Source: Clostridia bacterium (GTDB taxonomy: Bacteria; Bacillota; Clostridia; Oscillospirales; CAG-272). Taken from it: a stretch of DNA of 64,000 bases. Positions within the stretch are counted from its first letter, which is position 1; each line of letters opens with the position of its first letter. Made by a program: the position numbers and the translations under genes. The stretch spans positions 4,581-68,580 of the forward strand of contig JAFTTS010000065.1 in NCBI GenBank assembly GCA_017466685.1, written 5' to 3'. Below the pieces are notes generated by a model that worked only from the letters and a program-made list of their open reading frames with translations, searched no databases and had not been told where the DNA came from. This document shows, piece by piece, positions 53,385 through 62,323 of this stretch.

Positions 53385-54383
53385 ATGAAATACGCATTTT
53401 TTGACGGCAAGCCCTACGATAAGCCGTCATTCAATTTTTATGGTGAGCAGGCAGGGATAAAGTTCAAATATTATGATGCCAAGCTCGATATTGACACGGT
53501 GAATCTTGCCAAGGGGTGTGACGGTGTTTGTATTTTTGTAAACGACACTGCCGATGCCGCCGTGATCGATGAGCTGTATTCGCTCGGTATACGAAGCATT
53601 GCACTGCGCTGTGCCGGTTTTAACAATGTTGACCTGCGTCATGCCGAGGGAAAGGTGACGGTTTTCCGTGTGCCTGCATATTCGCCGTACGCAGTCGCCG
53701 AGCACGCTATGGCAATGATACTGACGCTCATCAGACGTACACACAAGGCATATATCAGAACGAGGGATTTTAACTTCAGTCTTAACGGTCTGACGGGATT
53801 TGACCTGCATGGCAGAACTGTCGGTGTTATCGGCACGGGACGAATCGGACGGGTGTTCATTGACATCTGCCGTGGGTTTGGTATGCGTGTGCTCGCTTAC
53901 GACAAATATCCTGCCGAGGGTGTCGATTTTGAATACACAACTCTTGAGCGTTTACTCAGGGAATCGGATATAGTATCGCTCCACTGTCCGCTGACGGATG
54001 ATACGTATCACATTATAGATACCGAGCGTATCATAATGATGAAAAAGGGGGCGTATATAGTCAACACCTCGCGTGGTGCACTGATCGACTCGGAGGCACT
54101 TCTTGAGGGAATAAAATCACGTCATATCGGCGGTGCGTGTCTTGATGTTTACGAGGAAGAATCGGATATTTTCTTCGAGGACAGATCGGGACATATCGTT
54201 GACGACGAAATACTTGCACGTCTCATATTCATGCCGAACGTGCTGATAACCTCACATCAGGCGTTTCTGACCGAGGATGCACTTGACGCAATTGCCGCGA
54301 CGACGGTGAAAAATATTGTTGAGTTTCACGAGAACGGTAAATGTGAGAATGAGGTTCGGCGCAGTCGTTCTGCTGTAGTGTGA
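53385..54383 (+). CDS. D-isomer-specific 2-hydroxyacid dehydrogenase (D-lactate dehydrogenase-like)
   Basis: VGVIGTGRIGRVF NAD loop, NTSRGALID, LDVYEEE and ITSHQAF motifs. AGGAGG RBS before ATG 53385. Confidence 0.85.
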   Translation: MKYAFFDGKPYDKPSFNFYGEQAGIKFKYYDAKLDIDTVNLAKGCDGVCIFVNDTADAAVIDELYSLGIRSIALRCAGFNNVDLRHAEGKVTVFRVPAYSPYAVAEHAMAMILTLIRRTHKAYIRTRDFNFSLNGLTGFDLHGRTVGVIGTGRIGRVFIDICRGFGMRVLAYDKYPAEGVDFEYTTLERLLRESDIVSLHCPLTDDTYHIIDTERIIMMKKGAYIVNTSRGALIDSEALLEGIKSRHIGGACLDVYEEESDIFFEDRSGHIVDDEILARLIFMPNVLITSHQAFLTEDALDAIAATTVKNIVEFHENGKCENEVRRSRSAVV

Positions 54384-54411
54384 GTGTGGTGTTTTGGTGC
54401 CTTTTTTTGAG

Positions 54412-54474
54412 GCCCTCATCCGACAAAGTTGCGAAGCAATCTTTTCCACCTCTCCCCCGAGGGAAGGCTTTTGG
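54412..54474. repeat. Repeat family A, single left-type unit
   Basis: GCCCTCATCCGAC...CACCTCTCCCCCGAGGGAAGGCTTTTGG. Confidence 0.65.
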
Positions 54475-54751
54475 TTAGTTGGAGCAGCAGGACGAAGCTT
54501 GACTGCACAAACTAATTTTTTTGTAGTGAAAGAAACAAGGGAGTGAAGCCGCCCTCGTAAGGTGGCGGCTCGATGGGTACAGGTGTCAAAGCGAATTGTG
54601 AGCGAAGCGAACTGAGCGCGAGTCGTGCGAGGCAAAGGAAAGAGGGAGAGCTCGAGAGGGAAGAAAAACATCGCGCAGCGTTGGTTGTCGTCCCTCTCGA
54701 ACTTACGCGAAGTTCGAAGCGGCACACTTCGAATTCCCCTCTCCGTCTCGC

Positions 54752-54939
54752 TACGCTCGCCACCTCTCCCAAAGGGCGAGGCAAAGTTAGTATATTGCCA
54801 CGCTCGCCACCTCTCCCAAAGGGCGAGGCAAAGTTAGTATATTGCCACGCTCGCCACCTCTCCCAAAGGGCGAGGCAAAGTTAGTATATTGCTACGCTCG
54901 TCACCTTTCTCCCCAAAGGGCGAGGCAAAGTTAGATGCG
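54752..54939. repeat. 47-bp tandem repeat, four copies (last one degenerate)
   Basis: The unit CACGCTCGCCACCTCTCCCAAAGGGCGAGGCAAAGTTAGTATATTGC starts at 54752, 54799, 54846 and 54893. It contains a CCTCTCCC-AAA-GGGCGAGG hairpin related to the family A core. Confidence 0.85.
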
Positions 54940-54998
54940 CCTCGAACTTTAATATTAAACCGCATGTAGCGTCTTTTTATAATATTTTCAAAAAACTA

Positions 54999-55069
54999 TT
55001 GACAAACACCCACTTAATGAATATAATATTGTTATTAGACTTTACAAGCATTTTACAAAGGCTTTACAA
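54999..55069 (+). promoter_or_regulatory. Consensus promoter of the antiporter-mgtC operon followed by three TTTACAA direct repeats
   Basis: TTGACA (54999..55004), 17 nt, TATAAT (55022..55027). TTTACAA occurs at 55041, 55052 and 55063, an exact 11-bp period. Confidence 0.6.
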
Positions 55070-55096
55070 AACTACAACATGAAAGGAGCAGACGAA

Positions 55097-56485
55097 ATGA
55101 CGGAAATTTCGGCAGCAACGATAATTATTTCGGTTTCACTCATACTGATGGGCGGTTTCGCTATGACTCGTATAACTAAGCTGCTCCATCTGCCGAATGT
55201 TACGGCATACATAACCGTCGGCGTTCTGCTCGGTCCTGCTTGCTTTAATGCGATACCGCAGCCGATTATCGACGGTACGGAGTTCATTTCCGATATTTCG
55301 CTTGCATTTATCGCATTCGGTGTCGGTGAATTTTTTAAGATTCCCGCACTCAAACGTTGTGGTGCCGCCGCGGCAGGTGTCACACTTATCGAAGCGTGTA
55401 TCGTCTCGGCAGTGATGTTCAGCGTCATGTATTTCCTATTGGGACTTGATTTTTCGCTTTCCATAGTCCTTGCCGCACTCGCCGGCGCAACAGCTCCTGC
55501 TTCAACCATGATGACCATCCGTCAAACCCGTGCAAGAGGTGCGTTTGTCGATACGCTTCTGCAGGTTATGGCGTTTGATAATGTCGTCGGACTTATCGCT
55601 TACAGCGTCGCTATATCTGTGGCACTTTCGGCATCGTCTGTCGGATTTGACGGTGCTGCGGTGATCGTTCCGATCTTAAAAAACCTCGGCGCAGTGGTGC
55701 TCGGCGGTGCGTTTGGCGTTCTCTTGAAGCTTTTCCTCGGCACAAAACGTTCAACCGATAATCGCCTTATAATTTCCGTCGGAGTCTTGTTCGCTTTCTG
55801 CGGCGTTTGTGCTCTGATTGACGTTTCGCCGTTGCTTGGCTGTATGGCGATCGGTACAGTTTACATAAACCTTACCGGGGACGGAAAGCTCTTTTTACAG
55901 CTTGCATATTTCAGTCCGCCGCTTACTCTTATATATTTCGTCAGATCGGGACTTAATTTCAATTTCGATGCGCTGACGCATGGCGGTACGTTCAGCGGCG
56001 TTCCGCTTATTGTTATCGGACTTGTTTATTTCGGTGTACGCCTTGTTACAAAATACGGCGGTGCATTTATCGGAAGCGTGATCTTACGCCGTCCGCGTGA
56101 GGTTCGTAACTTCCTCGGTCTCGCTCTGATTCCGCAGGCAGGTGTTGCAATCGGTCTTGCCGCACTCGGTGCACGTTCCCTTGGCGGTGAGGTCGGTATG
56201 GTGCTTGAAACGGTCATCATTCTCGCAAGTATACTTTATGAATTTGTCGGACCGCCGCTTGCCAAGCTGTCGCTTTCACTTTCAAATTCGATCGGTGGAG
56301 AGGAAGTTCCCGAAGCACCGCCTCCGGATGCCGCAGAGCTTATTGAACGAATCAAAAGGATACGCGAAGAAAACGCAAACATACTGCCTCCGATAGGTGC
56401 GGAGGAGCAGGCGTTCACCGAGGCTGCAGAGGAGCAGATAAATTCCGCTCGCCCGGGGCTTTACAGAGATAAATTTCGCCGATAG
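55097..56485 (+). CDS. Cation:proton antiporter (Na+/H+ exchanger family), paralog 2, with an acidic C-terminal tail
   Basis: LPNVTAYITVGVLLGP and an overall TM pattern parallel to 16148..17452. AAAGGAG RBS before ATG 55097. Confidence 0.8.
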   Translation: MTEISAATIIISVSLILMGGFAMTRITKLLHLPNVTAYITVGVLLGPACFNAIPQPIIDGTEFISDISLAFIAFGVGEFFKIPALKRCGAAAAGVTLIEACIVSAVMFSVMYFLLGLDFSLSIVLAALAGATAPASTMMTIRQTRARGAFVDTLLQVMAFDNVVGLIAYSVAISVALSASSVGFDGAAVIVPILKNLGAVVLGGAFGVLLKLFLGTKRSTDNRLIISVGVLFAFCGVCALIDVSPLLGCMAIGTVYINLTGDGKLFLQLAYFSPPLTLIYFVRSGLNFNFDALTHGGTFSGVPLIVIGLVYFGVRLVTKYGGAFIGSVILRRPREVRNFLGLALIPQAGVAIGLAALGARSLGGEVGMVLETVIILASILYEFVGPPLAKLSLSLSNSIGGEEVPEAPPPDAAELIERIKRIREENANILPPIGAEEQAFTEAAEEQINSARPGLYRDKFRR

Positions 56486-56517
56486 AACGGTATTGCTATT
56501 ATGAATGGAGGATTATT

Positions 56518-57249
56518 ATGATAATATTTGAAATGGCTGATCCTGTTGTCAGCTTTCTTGGAGAATGGTCGGGCAAGCTGACTCTCGGATCGATACTTCT
56601 GCGAATTGCGCTGACGGTGCTTCTTGCGGCGTTCATTGGTTGTGAGCGCTCGAGCAAGAGACATTCCGCAGGTCTGCGCACGTTTATGCTGGTGTCGCTT
56701 TCGGGGTGCTTTGCGATGCTCACGGATACATATCTGATACAAAATCATGGCATTGCGTTCCCGATTGTCAGCACTGCCGCTGTGATCGGTTCGGCGATAA
56801 TCAGCTCAAATTCGATACTTTACAGCTCCAAAAACCAGATCAAGGGACTTACAACCTCGGTCGGTTTATGGACGTGCGGAGTTATCGGCGTGACTGCAGG
56901 CGCCGGAATGTACAGTGTAACGATAATTGGATTTTTCGCACTGCTTTGCTGCCTGTCGCTTTTTCCTGCATTCGAGGTTTTTCTCAAAAACAGATCTGAC
57001 CATTTTGAGATACACCTTGAATTATCAAGCCGCCATGACCTGCCCGATTTTACGGCGACTGTCCGTGCGCTCGGACTTCGTATTGACGACATCGAGCCGA
57101 ACCCGGCATATCACAATTCAGGTATATCGGTTTACACAGTTTCGCTGACGGTTGTTGGCAAGGAACTGAAAAAATACAAGACGCACCGCGAGATTATTAA
57201 AGCACTTGGCTCACCCGAGTATGTTCGTTATATTGAGGAGCTTATGTAA
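56518..57249 (+). CDS. mgtC: MgtC/SapB-family membrane protein
   Basis: LRIALTVLLAAFIGCERSSKRHSAGLRTFMLVSLSG is the MgtC N-terminal signature. C-terminal ACT-like domain. Confidence 0.85.
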   Translation: MIIFEMADPVVSFLGEWSGKLTLGSILLRIALTVLLAAFIGCERSSKRHSAGLRTFMLVSLSGCFAMLTDTYLIQNHGIAFPIVSTAAVIGSAIISSNSILYSSKNQIKGLTTSVGLWTCGVIGVTAGAGMYSVTIIGFFALLCCLSLFPAFEVFLKNRSDHFEIHLELSSRHDLPDFTATVRALGLRIDDIEPNPAYHNSGISVYTVSLTVVGKELKKYKTHREIIKALGSPEYVRYIEELM

Positions 57250-57479
57250 ACCGAAGCCGCTTACCTGTATGATTGGTGAGCGGTTTTTTTCTGTAAATTA
57301 TAGATATTTACCCGAAAAATCATAGAAATTTAAGTTGACATCCTTTTAAAGTTTAATTATAATTAAATCAGTGTCAATTCTGTATCAAAATTGCTAAAAA
57401 CAGCAGATTTGATATTTACTTTTATTTTTTTGATATGGTATAATATCTATAATTTTTATGATGGCGGAGGAAATATGCG

Positions 57480-59432
57480 ATGAATAAAATACCTTCAATA
57501 ACAATTGCGCGGATCGGCGCTCACCGCACAGTGAAATTTGCCGCGGATGAGCTGCGCAGATATTTAAAGCTCATGGACAGCAATATTATAGTCGATGTGC
57601 GCCTTTATGAGGAATATGATGCGAGTCAGAGTGATCTTCTTTGGGTTGGTATGTCTGAAAAATTCGCCGAAAAACTGCCGATTGTTGAGGATGTAACGCT
57701 CGATGATGCTATATCCCTTGATGTACACGATTTTTGCGGTGTCATCACGGGAAACAATAATCGCTCGGTGCTTATTGCGGTTTACCGATTCTTACGTGAG
57801 CTTGGTATTGCGTTCGTTCATCAAGGCGAGGCCGGCGAGATAATACCGAAGCGTATACTCGACACCTGTGAGATACATATCACCGAGACTGCAAGCTGTC
57901 GTTATCGCGTTGTCTGCATTGAGGGAGCAGTGAACTATGAGCATATCTACAATATGATAGACTGGATACCTAAGGCAGGCATGAACGGTTATCTGATGCA
58001 GTTTTTCACTCCGATGGTATTCCTTAACCGTTGGCATGAGCATTCGTATAATGCAAGCCTTGGCGTTGATCCCGTTTCCCGTGAGGAAGCTTATTCCATC
58101 CTCAAAAAATGTGAGGAGGATATTGCCGAGCGTTCACTTATCTATCAGGCGGTCGGTCACGGATGGACGAGCGAGGCATTCGGTGTTCCCTCGAACGGCT
58201 GGGCGCCTGTTGATCCCGAAACAGTGCCCGAGGAGGCACTGGAGCTCTTTGCAGAGATTAACGGTAAACGCGGACTTTTCAAAAATGTTCCGGCAAGCAC
58301 ACAGCTTTGCTATTCTGACCCGAGGGCAGTTGAGATCATGAGCCGCACTATCGCCGATTACTGTAAGGCGCATCCCGAGGTTGATCAGATTATTGCATCG
58401 CTTGCAGACGGCTCGAATAATCACTGCGAATGCGAGAGATGCAGAAAGCTTCGTCCGTCGGATTGGTACGTTGGAATATTGAACCGTCTTGATGAGCTGC
58501 TCACCGAATACGGTCTTAATACAAAGGTGCTTCTTGCCGCATATAATGAAAATATGTGGGCGCCGCTCGAGACCAAGTTTAACAACCCCGGCAGATTTAT
58601 ACTTCAGTACTGTCCGATAACCCGTCCCTATAACGAGGCTTACGATGAGCTTGATCTTGACGACCTTGGTGAGGAGCCTCCTTTTGAGCTTAACAAGATG
58701 GTGAGACCGCGCAAGATGCGTCCGCTGATGAAGCTTTACCGCAAGTGGCAGGAGAAAAATCCGGGACTTGGCTTCTGCCTTTTCGACTACCATCTCTGGT
58801 TCTCGACCATTGGCTGTGATCCGGGACGGTTTGCCATTTCAAAGATAATTCTCCGCGATATGAAAGCATTGCCGGGGCTTGACATAAACGGTAACTTAAG
58901 CTGCCAGGTACAGCGAGAGGGCTTCCCGACGAACCTTCCGATGCAGGCTATGGCGCAGTCGCTTTGGGACAGTAGTGTTGACTTTGATGATGTTGCAAAC
59001 GAGCAACTTGCATATGAGTTCGGTGATCAGTATAAAATTGCAAGAGAATATCTCGAGGGACTTTCGGATATGATTGCGTATTGGCCTGACCGTCTTGCTG
59101 AACCGGAGATTATTGTTGACGATGAAAAGCGCAAAAATGCCGAGCGTGCAATCGAGCACGTTGCAAAATACAAGCCGATCATTGAGAAGATTGCCGAGGG
59201 GGAATTTGAATACGAGCTGCAGAAGCGCTCTTGGAATAATCTTCTTACGCATACAGAGGTTGGCGACATCTGTGCAAGACTTGCCGCACTCAAGTTTGCA
59301 GGTAAAACACCCGATGAACGCAAGGATGTACAGCTTGAATATCACAATTTCTTCAGGCGTACCGAGCCCGAGCTTCACCGCATTACAGACCTTGCCCGTC
59401 AGCTTATGAACACAGGAGCCGGCGCAGAATAA
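57480..59432 (+). CDS. Conserved hypothetical 650-aa cytoplasmic protein, paralog 1 (possibly DUF4838-like glycoside-hydrolase fold)
   Basis: No signal peptide. NNHCECERC motif. Paralogous to 59640..61613. The family assignment is from memory only. Confidence 0.5.
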   Translation: MNKIPSITIARIGAHRTVKFAADELRRYLKLMDSNIIVDVRLYEEYDASQSDLLWVGMSEKFAEKLPIVEDVTLDDAISLDVHDFCGVITGNNNRSVLIAVYRFLRELGIAFVHQGEAGEIIPKRILDTCEIHITETASCRYRVVCIEGAVNYEHIYNMIDWIPKAGMNGYLMQFFTPMVFLNRWHEHSYNASLGVDPVSREEAYSILKKCEEDIAERSLIYQAVGHGWTSEAFGVPSNGWAPVDPETVPEEALELFAEINGKRGLFKNVPASTQLCYSDPRAVEIMSRTIADYCKAHPEVDQIIASLADGSNNHCECERCRKLRPSDWYVGILNRLDELLTEYGLNTKVLLAAYNENMWAPLETKFNNPGRFILQYCPITRPYNEAYDELDLDDLGEEPPFELNKMVRPRKMRPLMKLYRKWQEKNPGLGFCLFDYHLWFSTIGCDPGRFAISKIILRDMKALPGLDINGNLSCQVQREGFPTNLPMQAMAQSLWDSSVDFDDVANEQLAYEFGDQYKIAREYLEGLSDMIAYWPDRLAEPEIIVDDEKRKNAERAIEHVAKYKPIIEKIAEGEFEYELQKRSWNNLLTHTEVGDICARLAALKFAGKTPDERKDVQLEYHNFFRRTEPELHRITDLARQLMNTGAGAE

Positions 59433-59440
59433 AAAATAAA

Positions 59441-59497
59441 ACGGATATATCTATGACCGAAAAACGTACTTTTGGCATAGATATGTTCGTTTTTTTG
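59441..59497 (+). terminator. Terminator between the two 650-aa paralogs
   Basis: Long imperfect stem ACGGATATATCTATG/CATAGATATGTTCGT followed by TTTTTTT. Confidence 0.65.
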
Positions 59498-59639
59498 CCA
59501 TCTTTTTGGAATTGTATTGACAAAAAATAAGGAAAAGGATATAATGAATTGAAATATTATAATATATTTTTATAAAGGGTTATAGTGGAGAGAAAATAAA
59601 TATTTCGGGCAAGCTGCCCGGGTTGTTCAGGAGGCTTTT

Positions 59640-61613
59640 ATGAACAAAATCACAAGCATCACAATTGCAAGAATCGGTGATCACAAAACCGTGAAATTCG
59701 CCGCAGAGGAGCTTCGTAAGTATTTTAAGATGATGGACGGCGAGGGTATTGTCGATATCCGTATTTACGATGAATATGACGCACAAAAGACGAACTTCCT
59801 TTGGCTCGGTCTTTCCGATAAATTTGAGGATAAGCTGCCCACGGTTAAGGATAAGTCGTTTGATGACGGTATATACGTTGATGTCACCGATTTCGGCGGC
59901 GTTATAACGGGTACAAACGAGCGCTCGGTACTTATTGCGGCGTACCGTTTCTTAAAGGAGCTTGGTGCCACATGGCTTTGTCCCGGTGAGTGCGGCGAGA
60001 ATGTACCGAAGCGTGTACTTGATAAGTGTGAGGTAAAGGTTTGCGAAGCGGCGACATCACGTCACAGAGTTATCTGTATTGAGGGTGCCTGCAGCTATGA
60101 GCATCTTTACAACATGATCGATTGGATTCCCAAGGCAGGCATGAACGGTTATTTCAGCCAGTTCCATACGCCGCTCGGATTCCTTCGCCGTTGGTATGCT
60201 CATGAACGCAATCCGTATGTACAGGGTGAATCCTTCACAGCAGAGGATTCGGACTGTATTCGTGCAAAGGTTTCCGAAGATGTTGCAGACCGTTCGCTTA
60301 TGTATCACATGGTCGGTCACGGTTGGACCGCTGAACCTCTTGGAGTGCCTTCAGGCGGTTGGGACAAGGTTGATGAGTCGCAAACTCCTCCCGAAGTGCT
60401 TGAGCTTCTTGCAATGCGTGACGGTAAGCGCGCATGGAACGATGGTTCTCCTGCGAACACCAATCTCTGCTTCTCAAATCCCAAGGTTATTGAAATTCTC
60501 GCAGATGCGGTTGCCAAGTACAGTGCGGCTCACCCCGAGATTTCACACGTTGCGGTGTGGCTTGCCGACATGAGAAACAATCACTGTGAATGTGAGGAAT
60601 GTGCAAAATCAACTCCGTCTGACCTTTACATAAACGTGCTTAACCGCATCGACGAGGTTATGACCGAGCGCGGACTTCCCGGTAAGATCATTTTCATCTC
60701 CTATAACGAAACCTGCTGGGCACCTCAAAAGGAGAGATTCAAGAATCCCGACAGATTTGTGCTTCAGTTTGCGCCGATAAACCGCCGTTTCGAGCCGGGA
60801 GAGGGATACTTTAATGTTCCCGATGTGAAGAACCTTGATCCTGTGCCGATGTTTGAGCTTAACAAGGTGCTCATGCCGAGAACTATAAAGCCGATTGTCA
60901 GACTTATGCAGGATTGGCTCGGTGGATATAACGGCGACACCTGCGTGTTTGACTACCACCTTTGGGCGACAACACTCGACTGTGATCCCGGAGGAATGTC
61001 CATTGCCGAGATGACCTTCTGTGATATGTGTGATCTTGAACGCGTCGGTATTCACGGTATGGTAAGCTGTCAGGTGATGCGTGCTTGCTATCCGAACGGT
61101 CTTGCGCAGAATCTTATGGCGGTTGGTCTTTGGAACAACAAGGCTGACTATGAAACCGAGGTTGTGAAGTACCTTTCCGACTGTTACGGAAGCGAATGGA
61201 AAACAGCAAGAGCATATCTTGAAAAGCTTTCCGAGCTTACAATTTATTGGCCTCATTGGGACGAAAAGGATGTTGTCATCGACGAAAACAAGGTTGCCGA
61301 TTACAGGGCGGCGCTTGCACACATCGCGGAATATAAGCCGATAATTGAGAAGATCTATGCAGACGGTAAATACGAAACCGAGGCGCAAGGATATTTCTGG
61401 GGTGCGCTTGTGAAGCATTTTGAAGCTGCACGTCTTATCTGTGAAATGCAGATAGAGAAATTCTCGGGCAAATCGCGTGCAGAGCGTGCCGGTGCAGAGG
61501 CGACACTTGCGGCGTATTACTGCAAGATTGAGCCCGAACTCCATGTTACATTTGATGCATGGCGTCAGCTCGCAGGTCTTGCTTCTCCCGAGGACGTTGA
61601 AAACAATCACTAA
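59640..61613 (+). CDS. Conserved hypothetical 657-aa cytoplasmic protein, paralog 2
   Basis: 39 of the first 60 residues are identical to 57480..59432 (hand count). Shares WIPKAGMNGY, VGHGWT and NNHCECEEC blocks. AGGAGG RBS. Confidence 0.5.
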   Translation: MNKITSITIARIGDHKTVKFAAEELRKYFKMMDGEGIVDIRIYDEYDAQKTNFLWLGLSDKFEDKLPTVKDKSFDDGIYVDVTDFGGVITGTNERSVLIAAYRFLKELGATWLCPGECGENVPKRVLDKCEVKVCEAATSRHRVICIEGACSYEHLYNMIDWIPKAGMNGYFSQFHTPLGFLRRWYAHERNPYVQGESFTAEDSDCIRAKVSEDVADRSLMYHMVGHGWTAEPLGVPSGGWDKVDESQTPPEVLELLAMRDGKRAWNDGSPANTNLCFSNPKVIEILADAVAKYSAAHPEISHVAVWLADMRNNHCECEECAKSTPSDLYINVLNRIDEVMTERGLPGKIIFISYNETCWAPQKERFKNPDRFVLQFAPINRRFEPGEGYFNVPDVKNLDPVPMFELNKVLMPRTIKPIVRLMQDWLGGYNGDTCVFDYHLWATTLDCDPGGMSIAEMTFCDMCDLERVGIHGMVSCQVMRACYPNGLAQNLMAVGLWNNKADYETEVVKYLSDCYGSEWKTARAYLEKLSELTIYWPHWDEKDVVIDENKVADYRAALAHIAEYKPIIEKIYADGKYETEAQGYFWGALVKHFEAARLICEMQIEKFSGKSRAERAGAEATLAAYYCKIEPELHVTFDAWRQLAGLASPEDVENNH

Positions 61614-61626
61614 TCGATTAACAGAA

Positions 61627-61669
61627 AATCACCGCTATTACTTCAAACGGTAACGGCGGTGACTTTTTA
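61627..61669 (+). terminator. Terminator after paralog 2
   Basis: Stem TCACCGC/GCGGTGA followed by CTTTTT. Confidence 0.65.
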
Positions 61670-61705
61670 TATTCATAATAAACAGAGGCATTAAGTCGAA
61701 GGCAT

Positions 61706-61912
61706 TCATTCATCCTTTACGTATTCTATAATGTCGCAAAGATTACATTCCAAGGCCACACATATGCGGTCTAAAATGTAACTGTCATAACGAACAACAC
61801 GGTTTTTATAGTAACGGTCTATCGTTTGAAATTTAACCTCAGTTCGTTTTGCTAACTCATACCGAGTAATACCACGCTTGGTCAAATATTTATCTATAGT
61901 TAATCTTACCAT
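61706..61912 (-). CDS. Small XRE-family HTH protein
   Basis: KRGITRYELAKRTEVKFQTIDRY HTH. GGAGGG RBS before ATG 61912. Confidence 0.75.
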   Translation of the reverse strand: MVRLTIDKYLTKRGITRYELAKRTEVKFQTIDRYYKNRVVRYDSYILDRICVALECNLCDIIEYVKDE

Positions 61913-61938
61913 AATATCCCTCCATGTAACGGGTAATA

Positions 61939-62175
61939 TCAATCTTCTACGGGATCATTAAAATAATCTTTGTCAAAAAACTCGGATAAAGTTATGCCTG
62001 CACCCTCGCAAAAACGCTTTATCGTAATAACCTTTGAGCATTTCGTTCTGCCTTTGATAAGGTCATAAATTGCAGAAGGTGACATACCGCCATTCAAAGC
62101 GATGTCACATATATTACTGCCGCGTTCCTTACATATTTCATCTATGCGCTTGATAATTGCATCATTTAAGTTCAT
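61939..62175 (-). CDS. Small XRE-family HTH protein
   Basis: ICDIALNGGMSPSAIYDLIKGR HTH-like. First gene of a two-gene HTH operon. Confidence 0.7.
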   Translation of the reverse strand: MNLNDAIIKRIDEICKERGSNICDIALNGGMSPSAIYDLIKGRTKCSKVITIKRFCEGAGITLSEFFDKDYFNDPVED

Positions 62176-62196
62176 AACTATATCCTACCTGTAATT

Positions 62197-62257
62197 TTGT
62201 GGAGTTCCACAATTATTATAGATAAATATGAAATTTTTATCTCGTGGAGTTCCACGA
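62197..62257. promoter_or_regulatory. Two 16-bp palindromic operator candidates sharing the core GTGGAGTTCCAC
   Basis: TTGTGGAGTTCCACAA (62197..62212) and TCGTGGAGTTCCACGA (62242..62257), 45 bp centre to centre, immediately upstream of the two-gene HTH operon. Confidence 0.55.
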
Positions 62258-62323
62258 AAGCGAGAGGGATAATATGAAAAGAAATGAGCCCGATACAATT
62301 ACCGAACTCATTCTTAATCAATA

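Noticed and set aside
54252-54884. ORFs 54252..54725(-), 54512..54784(-), 54573..54884(+) and 54625..54837(+).
   Set aside because: They run through repeat and hairpin DNA, have low-complexity Arg/Ser/Pro/Glu-rich translations, lack RBSs and overlap each other. They are artefacts of the repeat region.
54752-54939. Possible CRISPR array (regular repeats containing a hairpin).
   Set aside because: The whole 47-bp unit is repeated head to tail with no unique spacers. No cas genes or leader are present. It is a tandem repeat, not CRISPR.
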